Source: an uncultured Eubacteriales bacterium
Lineage (GTDB): Bacteria > Bacillota_I > Bacilli_A > RF39 > UBA660
Direction of reading: 5' to 3'
Assembly: GCA_905211265.1 (NCBI GenBank)
Contig: CAJMAC010000001.1
Coordinates: 70,928-134,927, forward strand
DNA length: 64,000 bases
Position 1 is the first letter of the stretch. Each line of letters opens with the position of its first letter. A program made the translations under genes and the position numbers. Shown here one piece after another: positions 27,499-36,976 of this stretch. The notes under the pieces were generated by a model. The model had not been told where the DNA came from. It made no database searches and saw nothing but the letters and a program-made list of their open reading frames with translations.

Positions 27499-29730
27499 TT
27501 AATTTAATCTTCTTCTGATATCACTAATTAATTTAGTTACTTCTTCCTCATTTTCATCTAATAAATCTACTCTATAATTATATATATGTAAATTCTTATA
27601 TCTTTCTATATCAAGTATTCTATCAATATTCTTATAATGCATAATACTAGTAATACAATTATTATGTAATATTCTATACATTCTATCTTTATTATCTTTT
27701 AAATAATATTTATTATTATCATTCTTACAAATATTACAATGATTCATATTTAATTTTAAAGGACAATACTTAGTAATCATTAATTCTACTTTACCATAAA
27801 TATATACTTCAACATTATAAACTTTCTTCATAATATCTTTTATTTGCTCATAAGTTAACTCAACAGATAAAGTAATTAAATTAACTTTAAATTTATTTAA
27901 TAATTCAATAGATTTAGTATTACAAACATTTAAAGTATAATCAGTATTAACATTATTATTTAAACTATATTTATTTATACTACCAAGTTCACTTGCTAAA
28001 ATATTACCATTCTTAATATCTACAAATTTATTCATAATTCTTGGAGTCTTATAATAAATATTTGCTACTTCCTTATATTTATTATATAGTTCTTTATCTG
28101 TAGTATATATATTATCTACATCATTTAACATACAAGTAATTAATTGTTCTTTATTTCTTACAAGTACATTAATATTATATTTCTTTTCTACTTCCTTTAT
28201 TTTTATAATCTCATTATGCGTATCAATCATTAGTCTTTTATTAAATTTATTTATTCTCTTTTCATCTAAAGCACTTAACATATTTCTTCTTATATCATTT
28301 AACTTACTAATAGGAATAAATATATCTTGATTATAATTAATATTTATATTATTTACTTTATATATTGTATCTCCTAATTTAGATAAACTTGTTTTAATAT
28401 TATCTATACTTGTCGGAGTATTTTTAGCGTCTTCCACTTCATTAATAGTATCTACCATATTACCATCAATATCTATTATAGAAATAGCAATAGTATTATT
28501 ACTAACTAAAACACTTATATCTATACCTATCTTCTTTTCGTCATATTTCTTTAAACTATCTATTAATTTCTTATCAATAGTTTTAAGAACAGTATCTCCA
28601 ATATGTACTTTATTAACTTTATTATCTACAATTGCTATCTTACCTTTAAATACACTATTAGTAAGCATCATATTTTCATTATATAGCATATTTACCATCA
28701 TACCAGTATCAGGTTCCTTAAATCTAATGCCATCTTCCTGATTTAAAGTTTCAGTTAATTTAATATATATTTTATCCTTTAATACATTTATAACGCTACC
28801 TATAACAATCCCTTGATGATTTGGAGTCTTAATATTCATAATTTCATTTGATTCAAATAAATAACCATTAGTAAATTCTCTATTAAATAATAATTTTAAA
28901 TTTCTTATTTCTTCATCAGTTACAATCATTTCTTCTTTATTATAATATGCATCAATTAACTTACGATATAATTTAGTAACATAACCAACATACTCTGGAC
29001 TTTTCATTCTACCTTCAATTTTAAAACTAGTAATTCCAGATTCTAATAAATCTTTTAAATTAAATAAAGTATTAAGTTCTCTTGTACTAAGTAAATAATC
29101 ACCTTTAGTGTCTATTTCTTTACCATTTTGATATAAAGTATAAGGTAATCTACAACATTGAGTACATTCACCACGATTACCACTTCTTCCACCATTTAAA
29201 CTACTAAATAAACAGCATCCAGAATAACTAACACATAGTGCTCCATGAACAAAAACTTCCTTTTCTAATATATCAGGTAATTTCTTAATATCTTCCAAAG
29301 ACATTTCTCTATCTAATACTATTCTAGATACCCCAAGTGATTTTAAAAATTTAATACCTTCCTCATTATGATTATGACATTGTGTTGAAGCATGTACTTC
29401 AATATTAGGAAACTTTTCTTTTACTACTTTAATCATACCAATATCCTGCATAATAAGTGCATCAACATTAATTTTATGCAAATAAAAAATATACTCTAAA
29501 AAATCTTTAACTTCATTTTCAAAAATTATTGTATTAACAGTAACATAAACTTTTACTCCATATAAATGTGCATATCTAATTGCTTCCTTTAATTCATCAT
29601 TAGAAAAATTACTAGAATATTTTCTTGCACCATAATTCTTACCACCTAAATATACTGCATCACAACCATTATGAATTGCTTGATAAAGTGTAGCCATATT
29701 ACCTACTGGACTTAATAATTCTACTCTCAC
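27499..29730 (-). CDS. Peptidase U32 family protein (long, two-module form)
   Basis: Has the U32 signature EVFVHGALCVSYSGCCLFSS. The start is uncertain: either the GTG at 29730 preceded by AAGGGAAG, or the ORF-track ATG at 29763, which has no SD. Confidence 0.85.
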   Translation of the reverse strand: MRVELLSPVGNMATLYQAIHNGCDAVYLGGKNYGARKYSSNFSNDELKEAIRYAHLYGVKVYVTVNTIIFENEVKDFLEYIFYLHKINVDALIMQDIGMIKVVKEKFPNIEVHASTQCHNHNEEGIKFLKSLGVSRIVLDREMSLEDIKKLPDILEKEVFVHGALCVSYSGCCLFSSLNGGRSGNRGECTQCCRLPYTLYQNGKEIDTKGDYLLSTRELNTLFNLKDLLESGITSFKIEGRMKSPEYVGYVTKLYRKLIDAYYNKEEMIVTDEEIRNLKLLFNREFTNGYLFESNEIMNIKTPNHQGIVIGSVINVLKDKIYIKLTETLNQEDGIRFKEPDTGMMVNMLYNENMMLTNSVFKGKIAIVDNKVNKVHIGDTVLKTIDKKLIDSLKKYDEKKIGIDISVLVSNNTIAISIIDIDGNMVDTINEVEDAKNTPTSIDNIKTSLSKLGDTIYKVNNININYNQDIFIPISKLNDIRRNMLSALDEKRINKFNKRLMIDTHNEIIKIKEVEKKYNINVLVRNKEQLITCMLNDVDNIYTTDKELYNKYKEVANIYYKTPRIMNKFVDIKNGNILASELGSINKYSLNNNVNTDYTLNVCNTKSIELLNKFKVNLITLSVELTYEQIKDIMKKVYNVEVYIYGKVELMITKYCPLKLNMNHCNICKNDNNKYYLKDNKDRMYRILHNNCITSIMHYKNIDRILDIERYKNLHIYNYRVDLLDENEEEVTKLISDIRRRLN

Positions 29731-29772
29731 ACTTACACTTCCCTTGTATATATATGATAACATATTTTGTAA

Positions 29773-29802
29773 ATAAAAAAAAGAAGTAATTTTCTACTTC
29801 TT
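29773..29802 (-). terminator. Rho-independent terminator after murE
   Basis: Stem AAGAAGTA (29781-29788) / TACTTCTT (29795-29802), followed on the minus strand by TTTTTTTTATTT. Confidence 0.7.
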
Positions 29803-29838
29803 AACAATTTTATTATTAAATACTTATATTATAAGGTT

Positions 29839-31194
29839 TTATTTATTTATATTTTTTATTACTTCCTCATAATCAGATAAATGAATTTTAGTTCTACCTA
29901 TTATTTGATAATCTTCATGACCTTTACCTAAAATAAGTAGACAATCATTATCTTTTAACATACTAATTCCTTTTTTTATAGCGTCTTTTCTATCATAAAT
30001 AACTTCATAGTTATCAGTAGTTATACCTTCTAAAATATCTTTCATTATAAGTTTTTCATCTTCTGTACGAGGATTATCATTTGTTAAAATAACATAATCA
30101 CTTAAACTAGTAGCAATATTACCCATAATAGGTCTTTTCATAGGATCTCTATCTCCTCCACAACCTATTATTGTAATTATCTTACCCTTAGTAACTTCAC
30201 GAAATAATGGAATAATTTTACTTACAGCATCTGGTTTATGAGCATAGTCTATTACTGCAATGGAAGTACCTACTTTAATAATTTGTGCTCTACCTACTGG
30301 AGCATGTATACTATCAGTTACATTAATAATATCATTAACACTAATACCTAAATTATTAATTAATGCTAAACTTGTTAAATAATTATATACATTAAATTTT
30401 CCAATTAAGTTAGTTCTTACTTCATAACTATCATTATTAACATTAAATAATATATCAGTATGAGTATTTTCCATATGAAATTCTTTTATTTTATAGTTAG
30501 AACCATTTATTCCTAAACTTAAACTTTTATCACAAATAAAATATTTAGAATATTCATCATCAACATTAACTATTATCTTACCATTATCCTTTAAATAATT
30601 AATTATTTTTACTTTACATTTACAATATTCTTCCATAGTCTTATGATAATCTAAATGATCTTGACTTAAATTAGTAAAAGCACATACATCAAATTTTAAC
30701 CCTTTAATTCTCTCTTCTGCTAAAGAATGACTACTTACTTCCATAACTATTACTTTGCAACCTTTTTCTTTGGCAGTAAGTAATAAATTATATAATTCTA
30801 AAATATCTGGTGTAGTATTAGATAACTCAACTACATCATTATCAATATAACATCCAATTGTACCAATATAACAAGTTTTAATACCTAATTTATTTAATAT
30901 TTGATAAGTTAAAAAACAAGTTGTAGTCTTACCACTAGTACCAGTTACTCCGATTAATTTTAAATCTTCAAATTCCTTACTATAATTATTAACTAAATAA
31001 TTCTTTAAATACTCATGAGTATCACTTACATTAATTGTATCAACATCATATTTACCATGTTCACAAATTATCTTTTCTGCACCATTTTTAATCGCAGAAT
31101 CAATAAAATCATGTCCATCAACAGTATTACCTTTTAAAGCAATAAATGTATCTCCCTTAACAACTTTTCTTGAATCAGTTTTAATATTTAACAT
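29839..31194 (-). CDS. murE: UDP-N-acetylmuramoyl-L-alanyl-D-glutamate--2,6-diaminopimelate ligase
   Basis: Has the Mur ligase P-loop GVTGTSGKTTT. A DNPR motif (LTNDNPRTED) points to meso-DAP specificity. Confidence 0.9.
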   Translation of the reverse strand: MLNIKTDSRKVVKGDTFIALKGNTVDGHDFIDSAIKNGAEKIICEHGKYDVDTINVSDTHEYLKNYLVNNYSKEFEDLKLIGVTGTSGKTTTCFLTYQILNKLGIKTCYIGTIGCYIDNDVVELSNTTPDILELYNLLLTAKEKGCKVIVMEVSSHSLAEERIKGLKFDVCAFTNLSQDHLDYHKTMEEYCKCKVKIINYLKDNGKIIVNVDDEYSKYFICDKSLSLGINGSNYKIKEFHMENTHTDILFNVNNDSYEVRTNLIGKFNVYNYLTSLALINNLGISVNDIINVTDSIHAPVGRAQIIKVGTSIAVIDYAHKPDAVSKIIPLFREVTKGKIITIIGCGGDRDPMKRPIMGNIATSLSDYVILTNDNPRTEDEKLIMKDILEGITTDNYEVIYDRKDAIKKGISMLKDNDCLLILGKGHEDYQIIGRTKIHLSDYEEVIKNINK

Positions 31195-31210
31195 TATTCC
31201 TCCTTATAAT

Positions 31211-31239
31211 TTTAAAAAATAAGGAAATACTTCCTTATT
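31211..31239 (-). terminator. Rho-independent terminator after the rubrerythrin gene
   Basis: Stem AATAAGGAA (31218-31226) / TTCCTTATT (31231-31239) overlaps the stop. It is followed on the minus strand by TTTTTAAAATT. Confidence 0.6.
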
Positions 31240-31777
31240 AATAATTATCTGCTTTTCTTTCAAAGAAAGATTTTTTATGATTACAAATAGGACATACTTC
31301 AGGTGCTTTTTTACCAATAACAACATGACCACAATTTCTACAAATCCAAATTGTATCATTATCACTAGAAAATACTACTTCATCATTAATATTCTTTAAT
31401 AATTTTCTGTATCTTTCTTCATGTTCTTTTTCTATTTTAGCAACACCTTCGAATAGATTAGCTATTTTTGTAAATCCTTCTTCTCTTGCTACTTCTGCAA
31501 ATTCTTTATACATATCAGTCCATTCATAATTTTCACCTTCTGCAGCAGCTTCTAAATTATGAATAGTATCGGATATTTCACCACCATTCAATAATTTAAA
31601 CCATATTTTAGCATGTTCTTTTTCATTATTCGCAGTTTCTTCAAAAATTGCAGCTATTTGTTCATAACCATCTTTTCTAGCTTTACTAGCAAAATATGTA
31701 TATTTATTTCTTGCTTGACTTTCTCCTGCAAAAGCAGTCATTAAATTTTGTTCAGTTTTACTTCCTTTTAATTCCAT
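31238..31777 (-). CDS. rbr: Rubrerythrin
   Basis: Has a ferritin-like di-iron domain (EKEH...EKEHEERY) and a C-terminal rubredoxin-type CRNCGH...CPICNH. Confidence 0.9.
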   Translation of the reverse strand: MELKGSKTEQNLMTAFAGESQARNKYTYFASKARKDGYEQIAAIFEETANNEKEHAKIWFKLLNGGEISDTIHNLEAAAEGENYEWTDMYKEFAEVAREEGFTKIANLFEGVAKIEKEHEERYRKLLKNINDEVVFSSDNDTIWICRNCGHVVIGKKAPEVCPICNHKKSFFERKADNY

Positions 31778-31840
31778 AATTTTACCTCCAATTAAATTAT
31801 ATCATAAACTATATTTAATTTCATTCTTTTTACAAATACT

Positions 31841-33049
31841 TTACAAATTATTTATATGATAATTATATATTAAATTAGATATATCATTAACAATATCCCG
31901 ATAATTACCTAATCCATGCGTAGTTAATACAATAAGAATATATGGTTCTTTATCAAATATTATTCCACAATCATGATAAATACTATCCCAATAACCATAT
32001 TTATGCATAACAACATTATCATTTATTTTTAAAGAATTAAAATAATCATTTATAAAATAAGATTTCATCTCATTATACTTATTATCTTTAACCATACTAT
32101 ATAATTTTTTAAATATAACCATTTGATCCATTACATTAGTCATACCAAAATCATCCGGACCAGAAAGAGTATATTTAGTGCCTAAACTATATCCATAATT
32201 TCTTAAATTATCCATTCCTACACTATATAACAAATTAAAATATGAATCATTATTACTAACACTAATCATTTTTTCCATATCATATCTATTACTATCATTA
32301 ACTAAATTATTTTCATACATATAAATAGATAATAAACTTTTAATTAAACTAGCACCATAATATATTTTATTTTCTTTATAATAAAAACTATTACCATTAA
32401 CTAAATTATAATATCCAATACTAACATTATACCCTTTATCATTTATATATTTAACTATTTCATTATTATTATCATCGTAGCCTTCATCTGTAACAAAAGT
32501 ATTAACTACCCTATTTATTACATTAACATTTCTTGAAGTACTACTCATATTACCAGAACTATCCACTACACTATATACTAAATTATATTCTCCAACTTTA
32601 CTTGTATCAACATTATCAGTAATTACTACTTTATTACTTATATCACCATCATAATTATCTATGACAGTTACTCCAAGTTCTTTATATACATCATTAACAT
32701 ATAAAGTAATATCTTTTTCACCATTTAAAGTTATCATAGGTTTTTCATTATCTACAACCTTAACTTTTCTAACTAAATTATATTCTTTATTTAAATAATT
32801 CAAATTATAATTAATATTATATTCACCAAGTACACTTACATCTAAATCAGTAGTAACTTCTACTTTATCACTTAAATTATGATTAAACACATTTGCCTCA
32901 AAACCAGATTCAAAATATAACTGTCCATAATTAATTAATAAAGTATCTTCCCCATTTAAAGCAAAACTAACCTTAGTATTAAACAAAGTTATGATTATAA
33001 TTAAAATTAAACTAATTAATAATATAGATAATTTAACATACCACTTCAT
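31841..33049 (-). CDS. Membrane-anchored protein with Ig-like (DUF5011-type) domain and class-A beta-lactamase-like serine hydrolase domain
   Basis: Has an N-terminal TM anchor and an Ig-like segment EKPMITLNGEKDITLYVNDVYKELGVTVIDNYDGDIS...GEYNLVYSVVDSSGN. The C-terminal half has SxxK (ASLIKS), SxN-like (SVSNND) and KxG-like (HKYGYW) elements. Confidence 0.6.
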   Translation of the reverse strand: MKWYVKLSILLISLILIIIITLFNTKVSFALNGEDTLLINYGQLYFESGFEANVFNHNLSDKVEVTTDLDVSVLGEYNINYNLNYLNKEYNLVRKVKVVDNEKPMITLNGEKDITLYVNDVYKELGVTVIDNYDGDISNKVVITDNVDTSKVGEYNLVYSVVDSSGNMSSTSRNVNVINRVVNTFVTDEGYDDNNNEIVKYINDKGYNVSIGYYNLVNGNSFYYKENKIYYGASLIKSLLSIYMYENNLVNDSNRYDMEKMISVSNNDSYFNLLYSVGMDNLRNYGYSLGTKYTLSGPDDFGMTNVMDQMVIFKKLYSMVKDNKYNEMKSYFINDYFNSLKINDNVVMHKYGYWDSIYHDCGIIFDKEPYILIVLTTHGLGNYRDIVNDISNLIYNYHINNL

Positions 33050-33051
33050 AA

Positions 33052-34104
33052 TTACTCCTTCAAATATTTATTTAACCTACTTCCCTCCATAGTATAAATA
33101 TTATTATCTTCTTCAAGTGTTTTCTCTAAAAGAAACTTACTATAATTCAAAATATCTTCCTCAAATTTCGAAGCACTTACACATAATAATCCATTAATTT
33201 TATAACCATATTTTTCTTTCTTTAATAAATATTTTTTAATAACATCACTAACTAATTTAATAGTCTTATCATTCTTATAACTATTCTTTATACAAATTGA
33301 ATTAATATTTATATAATTACCTACTTTTTTACTAAATCTTTTTATATCTTTAATATCAATATCAATGTATTCTTTATTCTTAGTTATTTCATCAAACTTA
33401 TCAAAAGGTATCCTAATAAAATTAATATATCCAATTAATTCATCATCATCATAAATAAAAATATAATCAGTTTTATTATTTTTAATTATTTCACCCTCCT
33501 TAGAAATAGACCAAATATACTCATCATCATAATTATTTTTATCTAATTTATTAAATATTTTAAGCATATTATTAGTAATACTAAACCCCTTTTCTATTCT
33601 TAAATTATCACTCTTTAAATAAATACTATAACAGTTAAGTAAAAATAAAGTATTAGATATAATTATAAAAGATTCCGCAACAACAGTACCATAACTACCA
33701 TAAGATAAATCATAAATAATCCATAAAGAATAAGTAATAATACTATATAAAACAACTTTATTACCTTTATTAGTTAATGCATATCCATCACAAAGTGAAG
33801 CAAATATACAAAATAAAGATAATACACTACCATTATAAGTCACAATTGCTATAATCAAATATACAATTATACTAATATAAAATATTTTCTTAGGTTCTTT
33901 AACTTTTAAATATAAATAATCCCTAATTATTTCAAATATAACTACTAGTAATCCACTAAAAGCTCCTAATATAGTATAATTTAAAGCAAAAAATATACAT
34001 GCAGTTATTTGTAAATATAATAATTTCTTACTACCACTTTTCCAATAACTAATAATTAAAATAAACCATGCTATTATACCAAGTAGTTGAGCTATATAAT
34101 ACAT
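33052..34104 (-). CDS. YgjV-like membrane domain fused to an uncharacterised cytoplasmic domain
   Basis: The N-terminal ~160 aa form 5 TM helices resembling the YgjV family (IIAWFILIISYWKSGSKKLLYLQ). The C-terminal ~190 aa are soluble with no clear motif. Confidence 0.5.
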   Translation of the reverse strand: MYYIAQLLGIIAWFILIISYWKSGSKKLLYLQITACIFFALNYTILGAFSGLLVVIFEIIRDYLYLKVKEPKKIFYISIIVYLIIAIVTYNGSVLSLFCIFASLCDGYALTNKGNKVVLYSIITYSLWIIYDLSYGSYGTVVAESFIIISNTLFLLNCYSIYLKSDNLRIEKGFSITNNMLKIFNKLDKNNYDDEYIWSISKEGEIIKNNKTDYIFIYDDDELIGYINFIRIPFDKFDEITKNKEYIDIDIKDIKRFSKKVGNYININSICIKNSYKNDKTIKLVSDVIKKYLLKKEKYGYKINGLLCVSASKFEEDILNYSKFLLEKTLEEDNNIYTMEGSRLNKYLKE

Positions 34105-34220
34105 CTTGTATCACTATCCTATCAATTATATTTTATCAAAAAATAAAGAAAAAATCTATACTAAAATTATATTTATTAATAACTATAAATTATAAATTAA
34201 ATATTAATATTATAAAAAAC

Positions 34221-34248
34221 TTGTAATTTAGTAAAAAAATGGTATAAT
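34221..34248 (+). promoter_or_regulatory. Promoter of the LysR-family regulator gene
   Basis: TTGTAA (34221-34226), 16 nt spacer, TATAAT (34243-34248), with an upstream TG (extended -10). The SD AAAAGGAGAA precedes the ATG at 34276. Confidence 0.6.
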
Positions 34249-34275
34249 AAGAAACACTTAAAAAGGAGAAAAGTT

Positions 34276-35181
34276 ATGTATAAAAGTAATATTAATTTAA
34301 ATCTATATAAAACTTTTTATGATGTTGCTAAAAATGGAAGTATATCAAAAGCAGCACAATATAGTTATACTTCACAACCTGCAATAAGTAAATCTATAAA
34401 AAGATTGGAAGAAGAATTGGAAGTTCAACTATTTTATAGAAACTTAAATGGTGTTGAATTAACTGAAAAAGGAAAAGAATTATTATACTATGTAGAAAAA
34501 TCTTACAATAATCTCTTAACTGCTAAAAAAATAATGTTAGAGACAGATGCATTAGAAAGAGGAAACTTATCAATAGGTATGCCATCAAATATAGGTTCAT
34601 TCTTTTTGTTTGATAAAATAATTGATTTTCACAAAAAATATCCAAAAATTGAAATAACAATAATTACTGGTTCAACATCTAAATTATTAAGTTTACTTAA
34701 TTCACATAAAGTTGATTTCGTTATTGATACATCACCAATTGAAATTGAATTAGATAATGATGTTAAAATTGCTAAATTAGCAGAAGTACAATATTGTTTT
34801 GTTACCAAAAAAAACTTAAATAAAAATTATAAAAATATAACAAAACTTAAAGATTTAGAAAACGAACAATTAATACTACCAATACCAGGTACTGCCAATA
34901 GAAATGACTTAGATAAATTACTTATAAAAAACGAAGTAAAATTTAAAGATATTTTAAATATACACACAAGTGAAATGATAATTTCAGCAATAAAAAAAGG
35001 ATTAGGAATAGGATATCTTATTTATAATCTTGTAGAAAATGACATTGAAAAAAATGATTTAGAAGTACTAAACATTAAAGAAAAATTACCAACAGTAGAA
35101 ATAAACATTTTATATGATAAAGAACTATTAACAACAACATCAAAAAAATTTATTAAAGATTACATAGAATATAATTTCTAG
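34276..35181 (+). CDS. LysR-family transcriptional regulator
   Basis: Has an N-terminal HTH (GSISKAAQYSYTSQPAISKSIKRLEEELEVQLF) and a LysR substrate-binding-type C-terminal domain. Confidence 0.9.
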   Translation: MYKSNINLNLYKTFYDVAKNGSISKAAQYSYTSQPAISKSIKRLEEELEVQLFYRNLNGVELTEKGKELLYYVEKSYNNLLTAKKIMLETDALERGNLSIGMPSNIGSFFLFDKIIDFHKKYPKIEITIITGSTSKLLSLLNSHKVDFVIDTSPIEIELDNDVKIAKLAEVQYCFVTKKNLNKNYKNITKLKDLENEQLILPIPGTANRNDLDKLLIKNEVKFKDILNIHTSEMIISAIKKGLGIGYLIYNLVENDIEKNDLEVLNIKEKLPTVEINILYDKELLTTTSKKFIKDYIEYNF

Positions 35182-35248
35182 TTATATGGTACATATATAA
35201 CAATTATATACATAACAAATAATAATATAATTTATAAAAAAAAGATAT

Positions 35249-35277
35249 TTGTCAAAAAGTATCTTTTATTTTATAAT
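35249..35277 (+). promoter_or_regulatory. Promoter of the radical-SAM / NTP-pyrophosphohydrolase operon
   Basis: TTGTCA (35249-35254), 17 nt spacer, TATAAT (35272-35277), followed by SD GAAGGGAGG and the ATG at 35299. It overlaps a weak hairpin, AAAGATA (35241-35247) / TATCTTT (35260-35266), which could terminate lysR transcription. Confidence 0.6.
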
Positions 35278-35298
35278 TAAGCATGAAGGGAGGAAAAA

Positions 35299-36297
35299 AT
35301 GATAACAAATATTGGAACATTTAAAGATTATAGTGATGAAACAATAAAAACTGTATTTGATGCTGGAGATAAAAAAATAATTGAAATGTCTTTATTATTT
35401 AATAAAGAAGATAAAGATGTAATCTGTGTACCAACTCATCATTTTTGTAATTTAGGTTGTAAAATGTGTCATTTAACAAATAAGGGACTAAATAAAAAGA
35501 TGGTTCCTATAAAATATGAAGATTTTATATACTGTTTAACAGAAACATTAACTAAAAATAATATAAGGAGAACAGATAAAGAAAAATTATTAATTTCTTT
35601 TATGGGTGTTGGTGAACCACTACTAAACTTAAAACTAATCGAAGAAATATACCGAAATGAGGAAGTAATAAAAGAAAAGTTAGGATATAAAAATATTGGA
35701 TATGCATTATCAACAATGATGCCTAATAATAATATAAAAGTATTAAAAGAAATGGTTAATAAATCAAATATGCCACTTAAAGTACATTTCTCATTACATA
35801 CACCTATAAATGATGAAAGATATGAATTAATACCTAGTACAAAAGTTTCAGTTGAAGAAGCACTTGCATATTTAATTGATTATAAAAATTGTTTACAAAA
35901 AAACGAAGTATTAATGAATAAATATCAAGAGTTACATAGTAATAATATACCTGTTGAAATACACTATACTTTAATAAAAAATGTTAATGATAATAAAAAG
36001 GAATTAACAAAATTATGTGAACTATTAAAAATATATAATATACCTATAAAATTTATTAGATTTAATCCAATTAATGAATTAGAAAAAAGTACTAATGAAC
36101 AAATTTGGGTAAACAAAATTTCAGAAGAAATTCCTGAATTAAGGATTAAAACATATACTCCACCAGGAAGAGAAATTGGAAGTTCATGTGGAGAATTTAC
36201 AAAACATTATTATCACGAAGAAATTGAAACAAAAGAACAAAAAGAAGAATTTGAAAAGTGGAAAACAAAACATTTAATAAAGGAAGGAAATGAATAA
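35299..36297 (+). CDS. RlmN/Cfr-family radical SAM methyltransferase-like enzyme lacking the N-terminal accessory domain
   Basis: The segment VICVPTHHFCNLGCKMC aligns position for position with E. coli RlmN TLCVSSQVGCALECKFC (C118 plus the Cx3Cx2C cluster C125/C129/C132, recalled from memory). Other family motifs are present: FMGVGEPLLN, ALSTMMP, FSLHTP...ERYELIP, NVNDN, IRFNP, and a C-terminal GSSCGEF (the AACGQL equivalent). Cys43 here corresponds to Cys118 of RlmN, so about 75 N-terminal residues are missing. Confidence 0.75.
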   Translation: MITNIGTFKDYSDETIKTVFDAGDKKIIEMSLLFNKEDKDVICVPTHHFCNLGCKMCHLTNKGLNKKMVPIKYEDFIYCLTETLTKNNIRRTDKEKLLISFMGVGEPLLNLKLIEEIYRNEEVIKEKLGYKNIGYALSTMMPNNNIKVLKEMVNKSNMPLKVHFSLHTPINDERYELIPSTKVSVEEALAYLIDYKNCLQKNEVLMNKYQELHSNNIPVEIHYTLIKNVNDNKKELTKLCELLKIYNIPIKFIRFNPINELEKSTNEQIWVNKISEEIPELRIKTYTPPGREIGSSCGEFTKHYYHEEIETKEQKEEFEKWKTKHLIKEGNE

Positions 36298-36299
36298 AT

Positions 36300-36695
36300 A
36301 TGAATAAAGAATACATGGAAGTTAGAGAATTTCATAAAGCATTTGGACATCCAGTAGCAAACACTCCAACATTACTATCAAAAGATAGAGCCAAAAGAAG
36401 ATATGCATGGATTTTAGAAGAAATAAATGAATTTTTAGAGGCAACTGAAAAGCAAGATATAGTTGAGCAAGCTGACGCAATGATAGATACAATTTACTTT
36501 GCATTAGGTACACTAGTAGAAATGGGGGTTGAACCTGACCAACTATTTGAAATTGTACAACATGCAAATATGAGTAAATTATTCCCAGATGGAAAACCAC
36601 ATTATAATGAAATGGGAAAAGTAATTAAACCAGATAATTGGGAAAACCCACATAAAAAATTAGCATTAACAATCAACAAAATGAAAAATAAATAA
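36300..36695 (+). CDS. All-alpha NTP pyrophosphohydrolase (MazG/DR2231-like superfamily)
   Basis: Begins EVREFHKAFGHP and has the acidic metal-binding pattern ILEEINEFLEA...EQADAMIDTIYFALG...NMSK. The start lies 3 nt after the radical-SAM stop. Confidence 0.65.
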   Translation: MNKEYMEVREFHKAFGHPVANTPTLLSKDRAKRRYAWILEEINEFLEATEKQDIVEQADAMIDTIYFALGTLVEMGVEPDQLFEIVQHANMSKLFPDGKPHYNEMGKVIKPDNWENPHKKLALTINKMKNK

Positions 36696-36701
36696 AATTA
36701 A

Positions 36702-36736
36702 AAATCAAGTTCAAAAAATGGATTTGATTTTTTATT
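36702..36736 (+). terminator. Rho-independent terminator after the plus-strand operon
   Basis: Stem AAATCAAGTTC (36702-36712) / GGATTTGATTT (36720-36730), including two G-U pairs, followed by TTTATT. Confidence 0.55.
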
Positions 36737-36780
36737 AACTATAAATGTACCTAATATGTACCTAATACATAGTAAGCAAT

Positions 36781-36806
36781 AAGAAAACCCTTATAAAATA
36801 AGGGTT
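36781..36806 (-). terminator. Terminator hairpin downstream of tRNA-Cys
   Basis: Stem AACCCTTAT (36786-36794) / ATAAGGGTT (36798-36806), 3-nt loop, followed on the minus strand by TTCTTATT. Confidence 0.55.
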
Positions 36807-36816
36807 GATATACATT

Positions 36817-36890
36817 TGGAGGACCCAGTCGGATTTGAACCAACGATCAGGGAGTTGCAGTCCCATGCCTTACCACTTGGCTATGAGTCC
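36817..36890 (-). tRNA. tRNA-Cys (anticodon GCA), CCA encoded
   Basis: The minus-strand sequence is GGACTCATAGCCAAGTGGTAAGGCATGGGACTGCAACTCCCTGATCGTTGGTTCAAATCCGACTGGGTCCTCCA. Acceptor stem GGACTCA/TGGGTCC has one G-U pair. The anticodon loop is CTGCAAC. T-arm GTTGG-TTCAAAT-CCGAC. The 3' end is CCA. Confidence 0.9.
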
Positions 36891-36976
36891 ATCGACAATT
36901 AACATTATATCAAAAAAATATATAATTTACAATATAATATATGAAAAAAAATAAGAAAATCAACAACTTTCTTATT

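Noticed and set aside
36322-36600. Minus-strand ORF of 92 aa
   Set aside because: It lies completely inside, and antisense to, the NTP pyrophosphohydrolase gene, which has clear family motifs and translational coupling to the upstream gene.
36696-36976. tRNA-Cys as a demonstrable integration site (att) for the plus-strand island
   Set aside because: No duplicate of the tRNA 3' end and no integrase gene could be found in the window. Horizontal origin is kept only as a low-interest hypothesis.
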